A stretch of DNA of 64,000 nt from Squalus acanthias (Eukaryota), in assembly GCA_030390025.1 (NCBI GenBank), contig JASTWF010000036.1, forward strand, positions 310,001 through 374,000, in the 5' to 3' direction. The translations under genes were made by a program, and so were the position numbers. The notes under the pieces are model-generated. The model was not told where the DNA came from. It did not search any database and saw only the letters and a list, made by a program, of their open reading frames with translations. Below, piece after piece: positions 23,790-36,780 of this stretch. How positions within the stretch are numbered: position 1 is the first letter of the stretch; each line of letters starts with the position of its first letter.

Positions 23790-24530
23790 TGTCCCAGGCC
23801 CAACCATCTTCAGCTGCTTCATCAATGACCTTCCCTCCATCATAAGGTCAGAAGTGGGGATGTTCGCTGATGACTGCACAGTGTTCAGTGCCATTCACAA
23901 CTCCTCAGATAATGAAGCAGCCCATGCCCAAATGCAGCAAGACCAGGACGATGTTCAGGCTTGGGCTGATAAGTGGCAGGTAACATTCGCGCCACAGAAG
24001 TGCCAGGCAATGACTATCTCCAACAAGCGAGAGTCTAGCCACCGCCCCTTGACATTCAATGGCATTATCATCGCCGAATCCCCCACCATCAACATCCTGG
24101 GGGTCACCATTGACCAGAAACTTAACTGGACCAGCCACATAAATACTGTGGCAACAAGAGCAGGTCAGAGGCTGGGTATTCTGCGGCGAGCGACTCGCCT
24201 CCTGACTCCCCAAAGCCTTTCCACCATCTACAAGGCACAAGTCAGGAGTGTGATGGAATACTTTCCACTTGCCTGGATGAGTGCAGCTCTGACAACTCTC
24301 AAGAAGCTCGACACCACCCAGGACAAAGCAGCCCGCTTGATCGGCACCCCATCCATCACCTTAAAACATTCACTCCCTCCACCACAGGCGTACCGTGGCT
24401 GCAGTGTGCACCATCTACAAGATGCACTGCAGCAACTCGCCAAGGCTTCTTCGGCAGCACCTCCCAAACCCGCGACCTCTTCCACCTAGAAGGACAAGGG
24501 CAGCAGGCGCGCATGGGAACACCATCACCA
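23790..24530 (+). mobile_element. Family B non-LTR retrotransposon RT fragment
   Basis: GPTIFSCFINDLP...MFADDCTVF...WADKWQVTFAPQKC reverse transcriptase motifs. Confidence 0.9.
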
Positions 24531-24699
24531 ACATTCCTTTAATCAAGCATGGAACTGCCTCCAGCGCACACTCAGGATAAATTTGCACACAGTCAGATGC
24601 TTATACCCCCTCCGAAAGTAAACTACAGAGCAGACTTTGACTTGAAATGCACAGGCCTCCAATTACAACCTCTGTGTGTCACGCACCTGCGCTAGCACA

Positions 24700-25310
24700 T
24701 CGAGTACAGGAGCAAGGATGTTTTGCTGCAGTTGTACAGGGCCTTGGTGAGACCACATCTTGAGTACTGTGTGCAGTTTTGGTCGCCTTATCTGAGGAAG
24801 GATGTTCTTGCCATGGAGGGAGTGCAGCGAAGATTCACCAGACTGATACCTGGGATGGCAGGACTGACGTATGAAGAGAGATTGGGTCGATTGGGCTTAT
24901 ACTCGCTGGAGTTTAGAAGAATGAGAGGGGATCTCATTGAAACTTATAAAATTCTAACAGGACTAGACAGACTAGATGCAGGAAGGATGTTCCCGATGGC
25001 GGGGAGTCCAGAACCAGGGGTCACAGTCTAAGGATAAAGGGGTAAGCCATTTAGGACAGAAATGAGGAGGAATTTCTTCACCCAGAGAGTGGTGAACCTG
25101 TGAAATTCTCTACCACACAAGGCAGTAGAGGCCAATTCATTAAATATATTCAAGAAGGAGTTAGATATATTTCTTAAAGCTAAAGGGATCAAGGGATATG
25201 GGGAGAAGGCAGGGACAGGGTACTGAGTTTGGATGATCAGCCATGATCGCATTGAATGGCGGAGCAGGCTCGAGGGGCTGAATGGCCTACTCCTGCTCCT
25301 ATGTTTCTAT
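24700..25310 (+). mobile_element. CR1-like 3' fragment
   Basis: [27 protein letters not shown] through to the tail. Confidence 0.92.
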
Positions 25311-25864
25311 CTCCCAGATAGCTTGGCTTGCAATGTTCTGTTATAAATAGTATTAAAAAAAATGGTGCTTGGCACAAGCCAGATAGCATAGATATTGGAA
25401 TATTACAAATTTTAGAGTGTATCCACGTCATGTGGGTATACCTCCCTCCTTCCTTTTTTTAAAATTCATTCTCAGGATGTGGGTGTCGCTGGCAAGGCCG
25501 GCATTTATTGCCCATCCCTAGTCGCCCCTCGAGAAGGTGGTGGTGAGCCGCCTTCTTGAACCGCTGCAGTCCCATGCGGTGTTAGGGAGGGAGTTCCAGG
25601 ATTTTGACCCAGCGACGATGAAGGAACGGCCGATATATTTCCAAGACGGGATGGTGTGTGCGCGTGTGACTCGGGGGAGGTGGCGGCGTGCCCGTGTGCC
25701 TGCTGCCCTCGTCCCTCGAGGAGGACATCAATTTAACCCCATCGCAACCCCCCCGACAGTGATGTGTGAGGAGGCTCGTGCGGAGCATAAACCTGTTGGA
25801 CCGAATGGCCCGTTTCTGTCCACAGCTCTCTGGCCGTCATGTCGCACTGATCAGAACCACTAAC

Positions 25865-25984
25865 CTTTGCAAGTCTTGCCATCCTCCGTCAATGCGTAGG
25901 AGTTGTTGCAGTAGCAGGCGACCCCACTGTTTGTGACAGCACAACTGTGTTTGCAACCAGCCTTCGTACAGTTTTCTGCGCCCT
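25865..25984 (-). CDS. LRP1: LRP1 coding exon (exon 4 equivalent): EGF-like domain 1
   Basis: (E)GAENCTKAGCKHSCAVTNSGVACYCNNSYALTEDGKTCK with EGF cysteine spacing. Acceptor cttctcccctcag, donor gttagt, 120 bp, in frame with neighbouring exons. Confidence 0.93.
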
Positions 25985-26224
25985 CTGAGGGGAGAAGATT
26001 ACAACAGGTTAGCTTCCGAATATAATTTAAAAAACACATTACATATTCATCCAATCAGGGACAGGTGTGTCAGCTCGCTTCAGCAACCATTCATCTCTGC
26101 TTTACAACAGTGACTACACTTCAAAGGGGTACTTCATTGGCTGTGAAGCGCTTTGGGATGCTCCGAAGTCGTGAAAACCACCATCAACGCAAGTTCTTTC
26201 TTTTACTTAATCGCACAGATATAA

Positions 26225-27310
26225 TGGGGCAGTACTGAGGGAGCGCCGCACTGTCGGAGGGGCGGTACTGAGGGAGCGCCGCACTGTCGGAGGGGCGGTA
26301 CTGAGGGAGCGCCGCACTGTCGGAGGGGCGGTACTGAGGGAGCGCCGCACTGTCGGAGGGGCAGTACTGAGGGAGCGCCGCACTGTCGGAGGGGCAGTGC
26401 TGAGGGAGCGCCGCACTGTCGGAGGGGCAGTGCTGAGGGAGCGCCGCACTGTCGGAGGGGCAGTGCTGAGGGAGCGCCGCACTGTCGGAGGGGCAGTGCT
26501 GAGGGAGCGGCGCACTGTCGGAGGGGCAGGGCTGAGGGAGCGCCGCACTGTCGGAGGGGCGGTACTGAGGGAGCGCCGCACTGTCGGAGGGGCGGTACTG
26601 AGGGAGCGCCGCACTGTCGGAGGGGCGGTACTGAGGGAGCGCCGCACTGTCGGAGGGGCGGTACTGAGGGAGCGCCGCACTGTCGGAGGGACGGTGCTGA
26701 GGGAGCACCGCATTGTCGGAGGGGCAGTACTGAGGGAGCGCCGCACTGTCGGAGGGGCAGTACTGAGGGAGCGCCGCACTGTCGGAGGGGCAGTACTGAG
26801 GGAGCGCCGCACTGTCGGAGGGGCAGTACTGAGGGAGCGTCGCACTGTCGGAGGGGCAGTACTGAGGGAGCGCCGCACTGTCGGAGGGGCAGTACTGAGG
26901 GAGCGCCGCACTGTCGGAGGGGCAGTACTGAGGGAGCGCCGCACTGTCGGAGGGGCAGTACTGAGGGAGCGCCGCACTGTCGGAGGGGCCGTCTTTCGGA
27001 TGAGACGTTAAACCGAGGCCCCGTCTGCCCTCTCAGGTGGACGTAAAAGATCCCACGGCCACCATTTCGAAGAGGAGCAGGGGGGAGTTCTCCCTGGTGT
27101 CCTGGGACCAATATTTATCACAACCAACATTATTGAAAAACAGATGATCTGGTCATTACCACATTTCTGGTCGTGGGAGCTTGCTGTGCGCAAACTGGCT
27201 GCCGCGTTTCCTACATTACAACAGTGACCACACTTCAAAAAAAGTACTTAATTGGCTGTGAAGGGCTTTGGGACGTCCTGAGGTCATGAAAGGCGCGCTA
27301 TAAACGAAAG
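26225..27310 (+). mobile_element. DeuSINE with 33 bp array (~26225-26990)
   Basis: About 23 units, then gccgtctttcggatgagacgttaaaccgagg...aaagatcccacggcc...ggtgtcctgg (Deu-domain-like). Confidence 0.92.
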
Positions 27311-27711
27311 TTCCCTGTATAGATTTTAATCGCTCCACCATTGGCAGCCGTGCCTTCAGCCACCTGGGCCATAAGCTCTGGAATTCCCTCCCTAACCCGC
27401 TCTGTCTCTCTCTCCTCCTTTAAGACACGCCTTAAAGCCTCCCTCTTCGACCAAGCTTTAGGGCCACCTGTCCCAACATCTCCGTGTGGGGCTCGGTGTC
27501 AAATTATGTTTGATATTCGCTCCCGTGAAGCGTCGCGGAACGTTTTACTATCGTAAAGACGCTGTATAAATGCAGGTGGCGGTTGTTGTGGTCAAGCGGG
27601 TCTTAAAATTGAGATTCCTTCCCGTACTTAGGTGCGCCGGGAGAGCAAGCTCACTAGATCACTCGAGACAGATTTAACAAGACGCCATTTTTGCACAATT
27701 TGACTGGCTAG

Positions 27712-29352
27712 AAACATAGAATCAAAAAAGATAGGAGCAGGAGTAGGCCATTCGGCCCCTCTGAGCCTGCTCCACCATTTAATGCGATCATGGCTGATCA
27801 TCCAAACTCAGTACCCTGTCCCTGCTTTCTCCCCATATCCCTTGATACCTTTAGCCTTAAGAAATATATCTAACTCCTTCTTGAATATATTTAATGAATT
27901 GGACTCAACTACCTTCTGTGGTAGAGAATTCCACAGGTTCGCCACTCTCTGGGTGAAGAAATTCTTCCTCATTTCTGTCCGAAATGGCTTCCCCCTTATC
28001 CTTAGACTGTGACCCCTGGTTCTGGACTCTCCGACCATCGGGAACATTCTTCCTGCATCTAGTTTGTCCAGACCTGACAGAATTTTCTATGTTTCGATGA
28101 GATCCCCTCTCATTCTTCTATACTCCAGCGAGTATAAGCCCAATCGACCCAATCTCTCCTCATACGTCATTCCTGCCATCCCAGGTATCAGCCTGGTGAA
28201 TCTTCGCTGAACTCCTTCCATGGCAAGAACATCCTTCCTCAGATAAGGCGACCAAAACTGCACACAGTACTCAAGGTGTGGTCGCGCCAAGGCCCTGTAC
28301 AACTACAGCAGGACATCCCTGTTCCTATACTCAAACCCTTTCGCTACGAAGGCCAACATACCATTTGCCTTCTTCACCGCCTGCTGCACCTGCATGCTTA
28401 CCTTCAGCAACTGGTGCACAAGGACACCCAGGTCTCGTTGCACTTCCCCTTCTCCCAATCTATTGCCAATCAGATAATAGTCTGCCTTTCTTTTTTTGAC
28501 ACCAAAGTGGATAACCTCGCATTTATCCACGTTATATTGCATCTGCCACGCTTCTGCCCACTCACCCAACCTGCCCAAATCATCCTGGTTATTTTGTTCG
28601 GCGCGAATTGAAGGCAGAAGAGTTCACAGCGCCTTCCAATTCTCCAACTGTTAATAGAGAACAGTCAACGGAATTCCGAGGCCGGCAGGTAGACGGGATT
28701 TGGGCTGGACTCGCCGGAGGGGAAAAGAACCACCAGCTCCTTTGCAACCGCTGTTTCTCAGATAATAGAGGCACCAGCCAAGGATGATACCAGAACATAA
28801 GAACCTAAGAAATAGGAGCAGGAGTCGGCCATTTGGCCCCTCGAGCCTGCTCCACCATTCAATAAGATCATGGCTGATCTGATCTTTGGCCTCAACTCCA
28901 CTTTCCCGCCCGCTCCCCATAACCCTTGATTCCCCTGTTTTTAAAAAATCTGTCCATCTCCGCCTTGAATATATTCAATGACTCCGCCTCCACAGCTCTC
29001 CGGGGTAGAGAATTCCAAAGATTCACGACCCTCAGAAGAAATTCCTCCTCATCTCCGTCTTAAATGGGTGCCCCCTTATTCTGAAATTATGCCCTCTCGT
29101 TCTAGATTCCCCCAAGAGGGGAAACATCCTCCCTGCATCTACCCTGTCAAGGCCCCTCAGAATCTGATATGTTTCAATAAGATCCCCTCTCATTCTTCTA
29201 AACTCCAATGAGTAAAGGCCCAACCTGCTCAACCTTTCCTCACAAGACAACCCCCTTCACCTCCGGAATCAACCTAGTGAATCTTCTCTGAACTGCCTCC
29301 AATGCAAGTATACCCTTCCTTAAATAAGGAGACCAAAACTGTACGCAGTACC
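27712..29352 (-). mobile_element. Two CR1-like fragments (27712-28578 and 28795-29352)
   Basis: ORF2 C-terminal peptides and 3' tails on the minus strand. Confidence 0.9.
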
Positions 29353-29371
29353 CGTTATAACTATCCGGAAC

Positions 29372-30352
29372 TCTTCACAATATTTATTAACGACTTAAGA
29401 TGATGGCATTGAAAGTCATATATCCAAATTTGACGATGACACAAAGATCGGGCGGCATTGTAGACAGAGTAGATGAAGGCATAAAATTACAAAGGGATAG
29501 CGACAGATTAAGTGACTGGGCAAAACTGCGGCAAATGGATTTCAATGTAGGCAAATGTGAGGTCATCTACTGTACTTTGGACCTAAAAAGGATAGAACAG
29601 GGTACTTTCTAAATGGTGAAAAGCTAAACACAATGGAGGTCCAAAGAGACTTGGGGGTCCAGGTACATCGATCATTAAAATGTCATGGACAGGTACAGAA
29701 AATAATCAAAAAGGCGAATGGGATGCTGGCCTTTATATCTAGAGGACTAGAGTACAAGGGGGTAGATGTTATGCTGCAGTTCCACAAAGCCCTGGTTAGA
29801 CCACACCTGGAGCACTGTGAGCAGTTCTGGGCACCACACCTTAGGAAGGATGTATTGGCCTTGGAGGGAGTGCAGCGTAGGTTTACCAGAATGATACCCG
29901 GACTGCAAGGGTTAAGTTACGAGGAGAGATTACACAAACTAGGGTTGTATTCCCTGGAATTTAGAAGGTTAAGGGAGTGAGTTGATCGAAGTTTTCAAGA
30001 TATTAAGGGGAACAGATAGAGAGAAACTATTCCCGCTGGTTGGGGAGTCTGGGACTAGGGGGCAGAGTCTAAAAATTAGAGCCAGGCCTTTCAGGAGTGA
30101 AGTTAGGAAACACTTCTACACACAAAGGGTGGTAGAAGTTTGGAACTCTCTTCCGCAAATGGCAATTGATGCTGGGGGGTGAATTGTTAATTTTAAATCT
30201 GAGATTGATAGATTTTTGTTAACCAAAGGGTATTAAGGGATACGGGGCAAAGGCGGGTAGATGGAGTTAGGTCGCAGATCAGCCGTGATCTCATTGAATG
30301 GCGGAACAGGCTCGAGGGGCTGAATGGCCCCCTCCTCTTCCCATGTCCCTAT
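29372..30352 (+). mobile_element. CR1-like fragment with a single, unexpanded tail unit
   Basis: Same 3' UTR as the 9685 and 61005 copies (gttaattttaaatctgagattgatagatttttgttaaccaaaggg) but only one aacaggctcgaggggctgaatggcc unit. Confidence 0.9.
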
Positions 30353-30624
30353 GAAAGACTGAACAGGCTGGGGCTGTGTGTTTAGGAAAGAGAAGGCTGA
30401 GGGTGTGACCGGATAGAGGTCCTTAAAATTATGATGGGTTCCGATAGGGTAGACGTAGAGAAGATGATTGCTCAATTCCCCCTTCAATCTCGCCTGGCGA
30501 CTGCACTACTGTAAGTGACTGGGACTGAATTGACGCACAGGGTTTGTATTGTGCAACTATCCTTCACTCTCTGCCATTGCTGGGGAAAACAGCCCTGCCA
30601 CGCTGGAAAGACTTTGCTGCAGTT

Positions 30625-31500
30625 AGTCATGAGTTCATGGCAAATGAATTTCAACACAGGTTAAGTGTGAGGCAATACATTTTGGTGAGAAAAATGAGGT
30701 CACATATTACTTGGAAAAGAAGAATCGAAAATGGGGTAGAGGAACAAAGGGATCTCTCAGACTACAAATACATAAATCGCTAAAAGTGGCAGCACAGATA
30801 AATAAGGCCCTAAAAAAAAAAGCAAACCAAGCATTGGGATTCATTTCCAAAGTGATAGAATGGAGAAGCAGAAAAGTTACGCCAAACTTGTATCGAGCCT
30901 TGGTTAGACCACACTTGGAGCACTGTGCACAGTTCTGGTCTCGTATACCTTGGTTAGACCACACTTGGAGCACTGTGCACAGTTCTGGTCGTCATATTAT
31001 AAAAAGGATATGGAGGAACTGGAGAAGGTGCAAAAAAAAAGTTTACAAGGATGATACCAGAACTGCGAGGTTATACCTATCAAGAAAGGATTAACAGGCT
31101 GGGGCTTGAAAAGAGAAGGCTGAGGGGTGACCTGATAGAGGTCTTTAAAAATTATGAAAGGTTTTGATAGAGTAGATACAAAGAGAGTGTTTCCACTTGT
31201 GGGGAAGAGCAGAACTCGGGGCCATCAATAGAAGATAGTCACCAAGAAATCCAATGGGGAATTCAGGAGAAACTTCTTTACCCAGAGAGTGGTGAGAATG
31301 TGGAACTCGCTCCCACAGGGAGTGGTGGAGGCGAATAGCACAGATGCATTTAAGGGGAAGCTGGATAAACACATGAGGGAGAAAGGAATAGAAGGTTATG
31401 GTGATAGGGTGAGATGAAGAGGGATGGGAGGAGGCTTGAGTGGAGCATGAACGCCGGCACGGACTGGTTGGGCCGAAGGGCCTGTTTTCTGTGCTGCAAT
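30625..31500 (+). mobile_element. CR1-like fragment with two-unit duplication at ~30898-30990
   Basis: cttggttagaccacacttggagcactgtgcacagttctggtc occurs twice in tandem. Confidence 0.9.
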
Positions 31501-32174
31501 TCGATGCAATTCCGTTTGCTGTAGCTCACGGAAGAGTCTTTTGCTTAAGTAGACTCTGTAGACTGTTTGCTGCAGTGCGCTGTTTAAACAGACTCTGTTT
31601 ACCGAGTAAATAATTGGCTTTTTGCGGGCTACGAGCACCGCCGTAAGCACCGGGCCGGCACAGTGGTGTCAATAGACGCTCTGTTTCGGAAAAACACTTC
31701 TCAGAGCGACTCGCTTGAAGGGAAGGAAATCTCGACTTAAAAAGCTAAAACTCGTACATGAGTGGCAATCGTGGTCCCAAGCCGCCCTGGAGAACGAGGA
31801 TCATTAAACCGACGACAGCACAATGAAACATGTTTTCATGCTGCCAAAGCTGTGGTAATAGCCACTCATTTGCACAATCCTAAGTGTACTCAACGAAACA
31901 GTAGCTCCATTGTGCAAAACGGTACCATGTGTGGTACAGCACTTGGCTGCAACACTTGTGTCATCAGGAAACTTTTTTTTCTTAAAACTGAAGACGAGTG
32001 GAATTTTAGAAAAAATACCTGATAAAATACTGCATTTGGCTTAAAGCATCTGGTAACCCTTACTGTGCGATTTAACCGCTGTTATACTACAGAGATCAGA
32101 GTCTACGGCCATATGGCCCCCATATTTAGTGTTCAAAATTCTAAGACTAAATAAGGAAAAACTGTTTCCACCGC

Positions 32175-33130
32175 GTCAGCCGTGGCTCAGTGGGGAGCAC
32201 GCTCTCTCTCTCTCGCCTCTGAGTCAGCAGGTTTGAAGTTCAAGTCCCCACTCCAGAGACTTCAGCACAAAATCGAGAAGGACACTCCCAGGGCGGCACT
32301 GAGGGAGCGCCGCGCTGTCGGAGGGGCGGCGCTGAGGGAGCGCCGCGCTGTCGGAGGGGCGGCGCTGAGGGAGCGCCGCGCTGTCGGAGGGGCGGCGCTG
32401 AGGGAGCGCCGCGCTGTCGGAGGGGCGGCGCTGAGGGAGCGCCGCGCTGTCGGAGGGGCGGCGCTGAGGGAGCGCCGCGCTGTCGGAGGGGCGGCGCTGA
32501 GGGAGCGCCGCGCTGTCGGAGGGGCGGCGCTGAGGGAGCGCCGCGCTGTCGGAGGGGCGGCGCTGAGGGAGCGCCGCGCTGTCGGAGGGGCGGCGCTGAG
32601 GGAGCGCCGCGCTGTCGGAGGGGCGGCGCTGAGGGAGCGCCGCGCTGTCGGAGGGGCGGCGCTGAGGGAGCGCCGCGCTGTCGGAGGGGCGGCGCTGAGG
32701 GAGCGCCGCGCTGTCGGAGGGGCGGCGCTGAGGGAGCGCCGCGCTGTCGGAGGGGGCGGCGCTGAGGGAGCGCCGCGCTGTCGGAGGGGGTGGTGCTGAG
32801 GGAGCGGCCGGAGGTACCGTCTTTCGAATGAGACGTTAAACCGAAGCCCCCGCCCGCCCTCTCAGGTGGATGTAATAGATCCCATGGCAGTATTTCAAAG
32901 AAGCTGCACCCGGTGTCCTGGGGCCAATACTTATCCCTCAAATCAACATCACTAAAACAGTTTATCTGGTCATTTATCACATTTTTGTTTGTGGGAGCTT
33001 GCTGCGCGCGCTGTATTGTATGGCTGCCGCGTTTCTAACATTAGAAGACTGACTACTCCTCAAAAGTACCTCACTGGCTGTGAAGCGCTTTGGGACGTCC
33101 CGAGGTGGAGAAAGGCGCTGTCGAAATGTA
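32175..33130 (+). mobile_element. Near full-length DeuSINE with GC-rich 33 bp array (~32292-32805)
   Basis: A box TGGCTCAGTGG (32183), B box GTTCAAGTCC (32238), array, body and tail. Confidence 0.92.
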
Positions 33131-33139
33131 TGTCTATCT

Positions 33140-34625
33140 TTCTTTCCTTGGCAGGAGGGTCGGGAACCAGAGGACACAGATTGAAGATAATCGGCAAAAG
33201 AACCAGAGGGGGAGATGAGGAGAATTTGTTTTAACGCAGCGAGTTGTTGCGATCTGGAATGTGCTGCCTGAAAGGGCGGTGGAAGCAGATTCAATAGTAA
33301 CTTTCAGAAGGGGAATTGGATAAATACTTGAAGGGGAAAAATTCACAGGGCTACGGGGGAAAGAGCAGGGGGGAGAGTGGGACTAATTGGAGAGCTTGTT
33401 CAAAGAGCTGGCACAGGCACGATGGGCTGAATGGCCTCCTCCTGCGCAGGAAGATTCTCTGATTCTACATTCAGCCACATTTAGAGATCACACACTAGTT
33501 GAGTATGAATAAACAGGTCGCTTTCGGGTCAGTGGGCTGTAACTAGTGGGGTGCCTCAAGGATCGGTGCTTGGGCCTCAGCTAGTCACAATCTGTATCAA
33601 TGACTTAAGACGAGGGGACCGAGCATAATGTATCCAAGTTTACTGACGATACAAGCCATTCGGAATGCAAATGGTATGCTGGCCTTCATTACAAGAGGAT
33701 GAGAGTACAGGAGTAAAGAAGTCTTACTCCAATTATATCGGGCCTTGGTGAGACCACACCTGGAGTACTGTGTACAATTTTGGACTCCTTACCTGAGGAA
33801 GGATATACTTGCCATAGAGGGAGTGCAACGAAGGTTCACGAGATTGATTCCTGGGATGGCGAGACTGTCGTACGAGAAGAGATTGAGTAAACTAGGCCTG
33901 TATCCTCTTGAATTCAGAAGAATGAGAGGGGATCTCATTGACGCATACATAATTATTACAGGGCTTGGTAGGGTGGATGCTGGGAGAATGTTTCCCTTGG
34001 CTGGGGAGTCCAGAACCAGGGGCCACAGCCTCAGGATAAAGGGTGGGCCATTCAGGACTGAGATGAGGAGAAATTTCTTCACACAGAGGGTGGTGAATCT
34101 TTGGAATTCTCTACCCCAGAGGGCTGTGGAGGCTCAGTCATTGGGTAGATTCAAAACAGAAGTCGATAGATTTCTGACTAGTAAGGGCATCAAGGGATAT
34201 GGCGATAGGGCCGGTGAATGGAGTTGAGGCAGAAGATCAGCCATGATCTCATTGAATGGCGGAGCAGGCTCGAAGGGCCGAATGGTCGACTCCTGCTCCT
34301 ATTTATTATGTTTTGTTCTTAAAGCTAGGCGCAAAAGTAAGCCGTGAGGAGGACGCAAAGGGATATAGTCCGGTTAAGTGAGTGGGCAAGAAAGTGGCAG
34401 GTGGAGTATAATGTAGGGGGGGTGGGGGAGGATGAGTAAAAGTATCCACTTTGGTCGGAAGAGCAGAATATTTTTTTTAAGAGGTGAGAGATTGGCAAAT
34501 GTTAGTGTTCAGAGTGACCTGGGGGTCCTTGCACACGAATCACTGAAAGTTAACACGCAGGTACAGCAAGCAATCGGGAAGGCGAATGGTATGTTGGCCT
34601 TCATCGCAAGGGGGTTGGAGTGTAC
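33140..34625 (+). mobile_element. Cluster of CR1-like fragments
   Basis: Fragments at 33140-33465, 33520-34310 and 34320-34625; includes GVPQGSVLGP and [13 protein letters not shown] motifs. Confidence 0.85.
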
Positions 34626-34999
34626 GCCGGACTGAAGAATCTGCATCAAAGCCGGCAGAAATACCCAGCACAAAATCAATTCCACAGGCCGATCAATGCA
34701 GTGGCAGGGTCGTTAACTCATGCGACAAGAATGCTGGTCTTCAATTACATCAGTGGATCTCAAACTCGGTAGACACTTTCCGGGGGGGGGGGGGGGGGGT
34801 CTGCGAAATAATGCGAGGGCTGACCTTAACGAATCCCAGCCTAATCCCACTTTCCAGCTCTCGGTCCATAGCCCTGTAGGTTACAGCACTTCGAGTGCCT
34901 ATCCAAGTACTTTTTAAAATGTGGTGAGGGTTTCTGCCTCTACCACCCTTTCAGGCAGTGAGTTCCAGACCCCCACCCCACTCTGGGTTTTTTTTTAAA

Positions 35000-35672
35000 G
35001 TTTATGGGATGTGTTCATCGCTGGCAAGGCCAGCATTTATTGCCCATCCCTCGTCGCCCCTTGAGAAGGTGGTGGTGAGCCGCCTTCTTGAACCGCTGCA
35101 GTCCGTGTGGTGAAGGTACTCCCACAGTGCTGTTAGGTAGGGAGTTCCAGGATTTTGACCCAGCGACGATGAAGGAACGGCCGATATACTTCTAAGTCGG
35201 GATGGTGTGTGTGACTTGGAGGGGAACTTGGAGGTGGTGGTGTTCCCATTACACCTGCTGCCCTTGTCCTTCTAGGTGGTAGAGGTCGCGGGTTTGGGAG
35301 GTGCTGCCGAAGAAGCCTTGGCGAGTTGCTGCAGTGCATCTTGTAGATGGTACACACTGCAGCCACGGTGCGCCGGTGGTGGAGGGAGTGAATGTTTAAG
35401 GTGGTGGATGGGGTGCCCATCAAGCGGGCTGCTTTGTCCTGGATGGTGTCGAGCTTCTTGAGTGTTGTTGGAGCTGCACTCATCCAGGCAAGTGGAGAGT
35501 ATTCCATCACACTCCTGACTTGCGCCTTGTAGATGGTGGAAAGGCTTTGGGGAGTCAGGAGGTGAGACACTCGCCGCAGAATACCGAGCCTCAACTGCTC
35601 TTGTTGCCACATTATTTATGTGGCCAGTTAAGTTTCTGGTCAATGGTGACCCCCAGGATCTTGATGGTGGGT
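35000..35672 (-). mobile_element. Family B non-LTR 3' fragment nested in a CR1-like copy
   Basis: LTPQSLSTIYKAQVRSVMEYSPLAW; host CR1 reads ...ccccactctgggt (34989) and resumes gaagaaatttctcc (35673). Confidence 0.85.
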
Positions 35673-36098
35673 GAAGAAATTTCTCCTCAAATCCCCTCTA
35701 AACCTCCTACCAATTACTTTAAATCTATGTCGCCCTGGTTACTGACCCTTCTGCTAAGGGAAATAGGTCCTTCCTATCCACTCTATCTCGGCCCCTCAAT
35801 TTTATACACCTCAATTAAATCTCCCCTCAGCCTCCTCTGTTCCAAAGAAAATAAACCCAGCCTATCCAATCTTTCCTCATAGCTAAAATTCCCCAGTCCA
35901 GGCAACATGCTCGTAAATCTCCTCTGTACCCTCTCTAGTGCAGTCACATCTTTCCTGTAATGTGGTGACCAGAACTGCATGCAGTACTCTAGCTGCGGCC
36001 CAACTAGTGTTTGATACAGTTCAAGCATAACCTCCCTGCTCTTGTATTCTATGCCTCGGCTAATAAAGGCAAGTATTCCGTATGCCTTCTTAACCACC

Positions 36099-36780
36099 TT
36101 CTTCTTAGGCAGTCCCTCGGGACCGAGGATGACTTGCTTCCACATTAAAAGTGAGTTCTCAGGTGACTGATGAGTCCAATGCAGGACCGACAGTCTGTCA
36201 CAGGTGGGGGGCAGACGGTGGTTGAAGGGGTGGGTGTGTGGGGTGCTTGGGTTGACGTGCGCTCCTTGCGCTTGCTCCCGGCGAAGAGACTCGAGGTGTT
36301 CGGCTCCTTCCCGGATGCTCCTCCTCCACTTTGTGCGGTCTTGGGCCAGGGATTCCCAGGTGTCAGTGGGGATGTTGCACTTTTTCCCGAGGCTTTGAGG
36401 GTGTCCTTGAAGCGTTTCCTCTGCCCACCCGGGCTCTCTTGCCGTGTCGGAGCTCAGAGTAGAGCGCTTGTTTTGGGAGTCTCGTATCGGGCATGCGGAC
36501 GATGTGGCCCTTCCATCGGAGCTGATCGAGCGCGGTCTAAGCTTCGATGCTAGGGATGTTGGCCTGAGCGAGAACACGGACGTTGGTGCGCCTATCCTGC
36601 CAATGGATTTGCAGGATCTTGCGGAGGCAGCGTTGGTGGTACCTCTCCAGTGCTTTGAGGTGCCTGCTGTACATGGTCCATGTCTCTGGGCGGGAATCAC
36701 TACTGTAGACCTCATGAGCTTGGTGCTGGGTTTGAGATCCTGGTCTTCAAACACTCTCTTCCTCAGGCGACCGCAATGGT
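36099..36780 (-). mobile_element. RTE-clade LINE 3' fragment
   Basis: RLRKRVFEDQDLKPSTKL...KKCNIPTDTWESLAQDRTKWRRSIREG and a short (AAG)n tail; abuts CR1 sequence 35673-36098. Confidence 0.82.
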
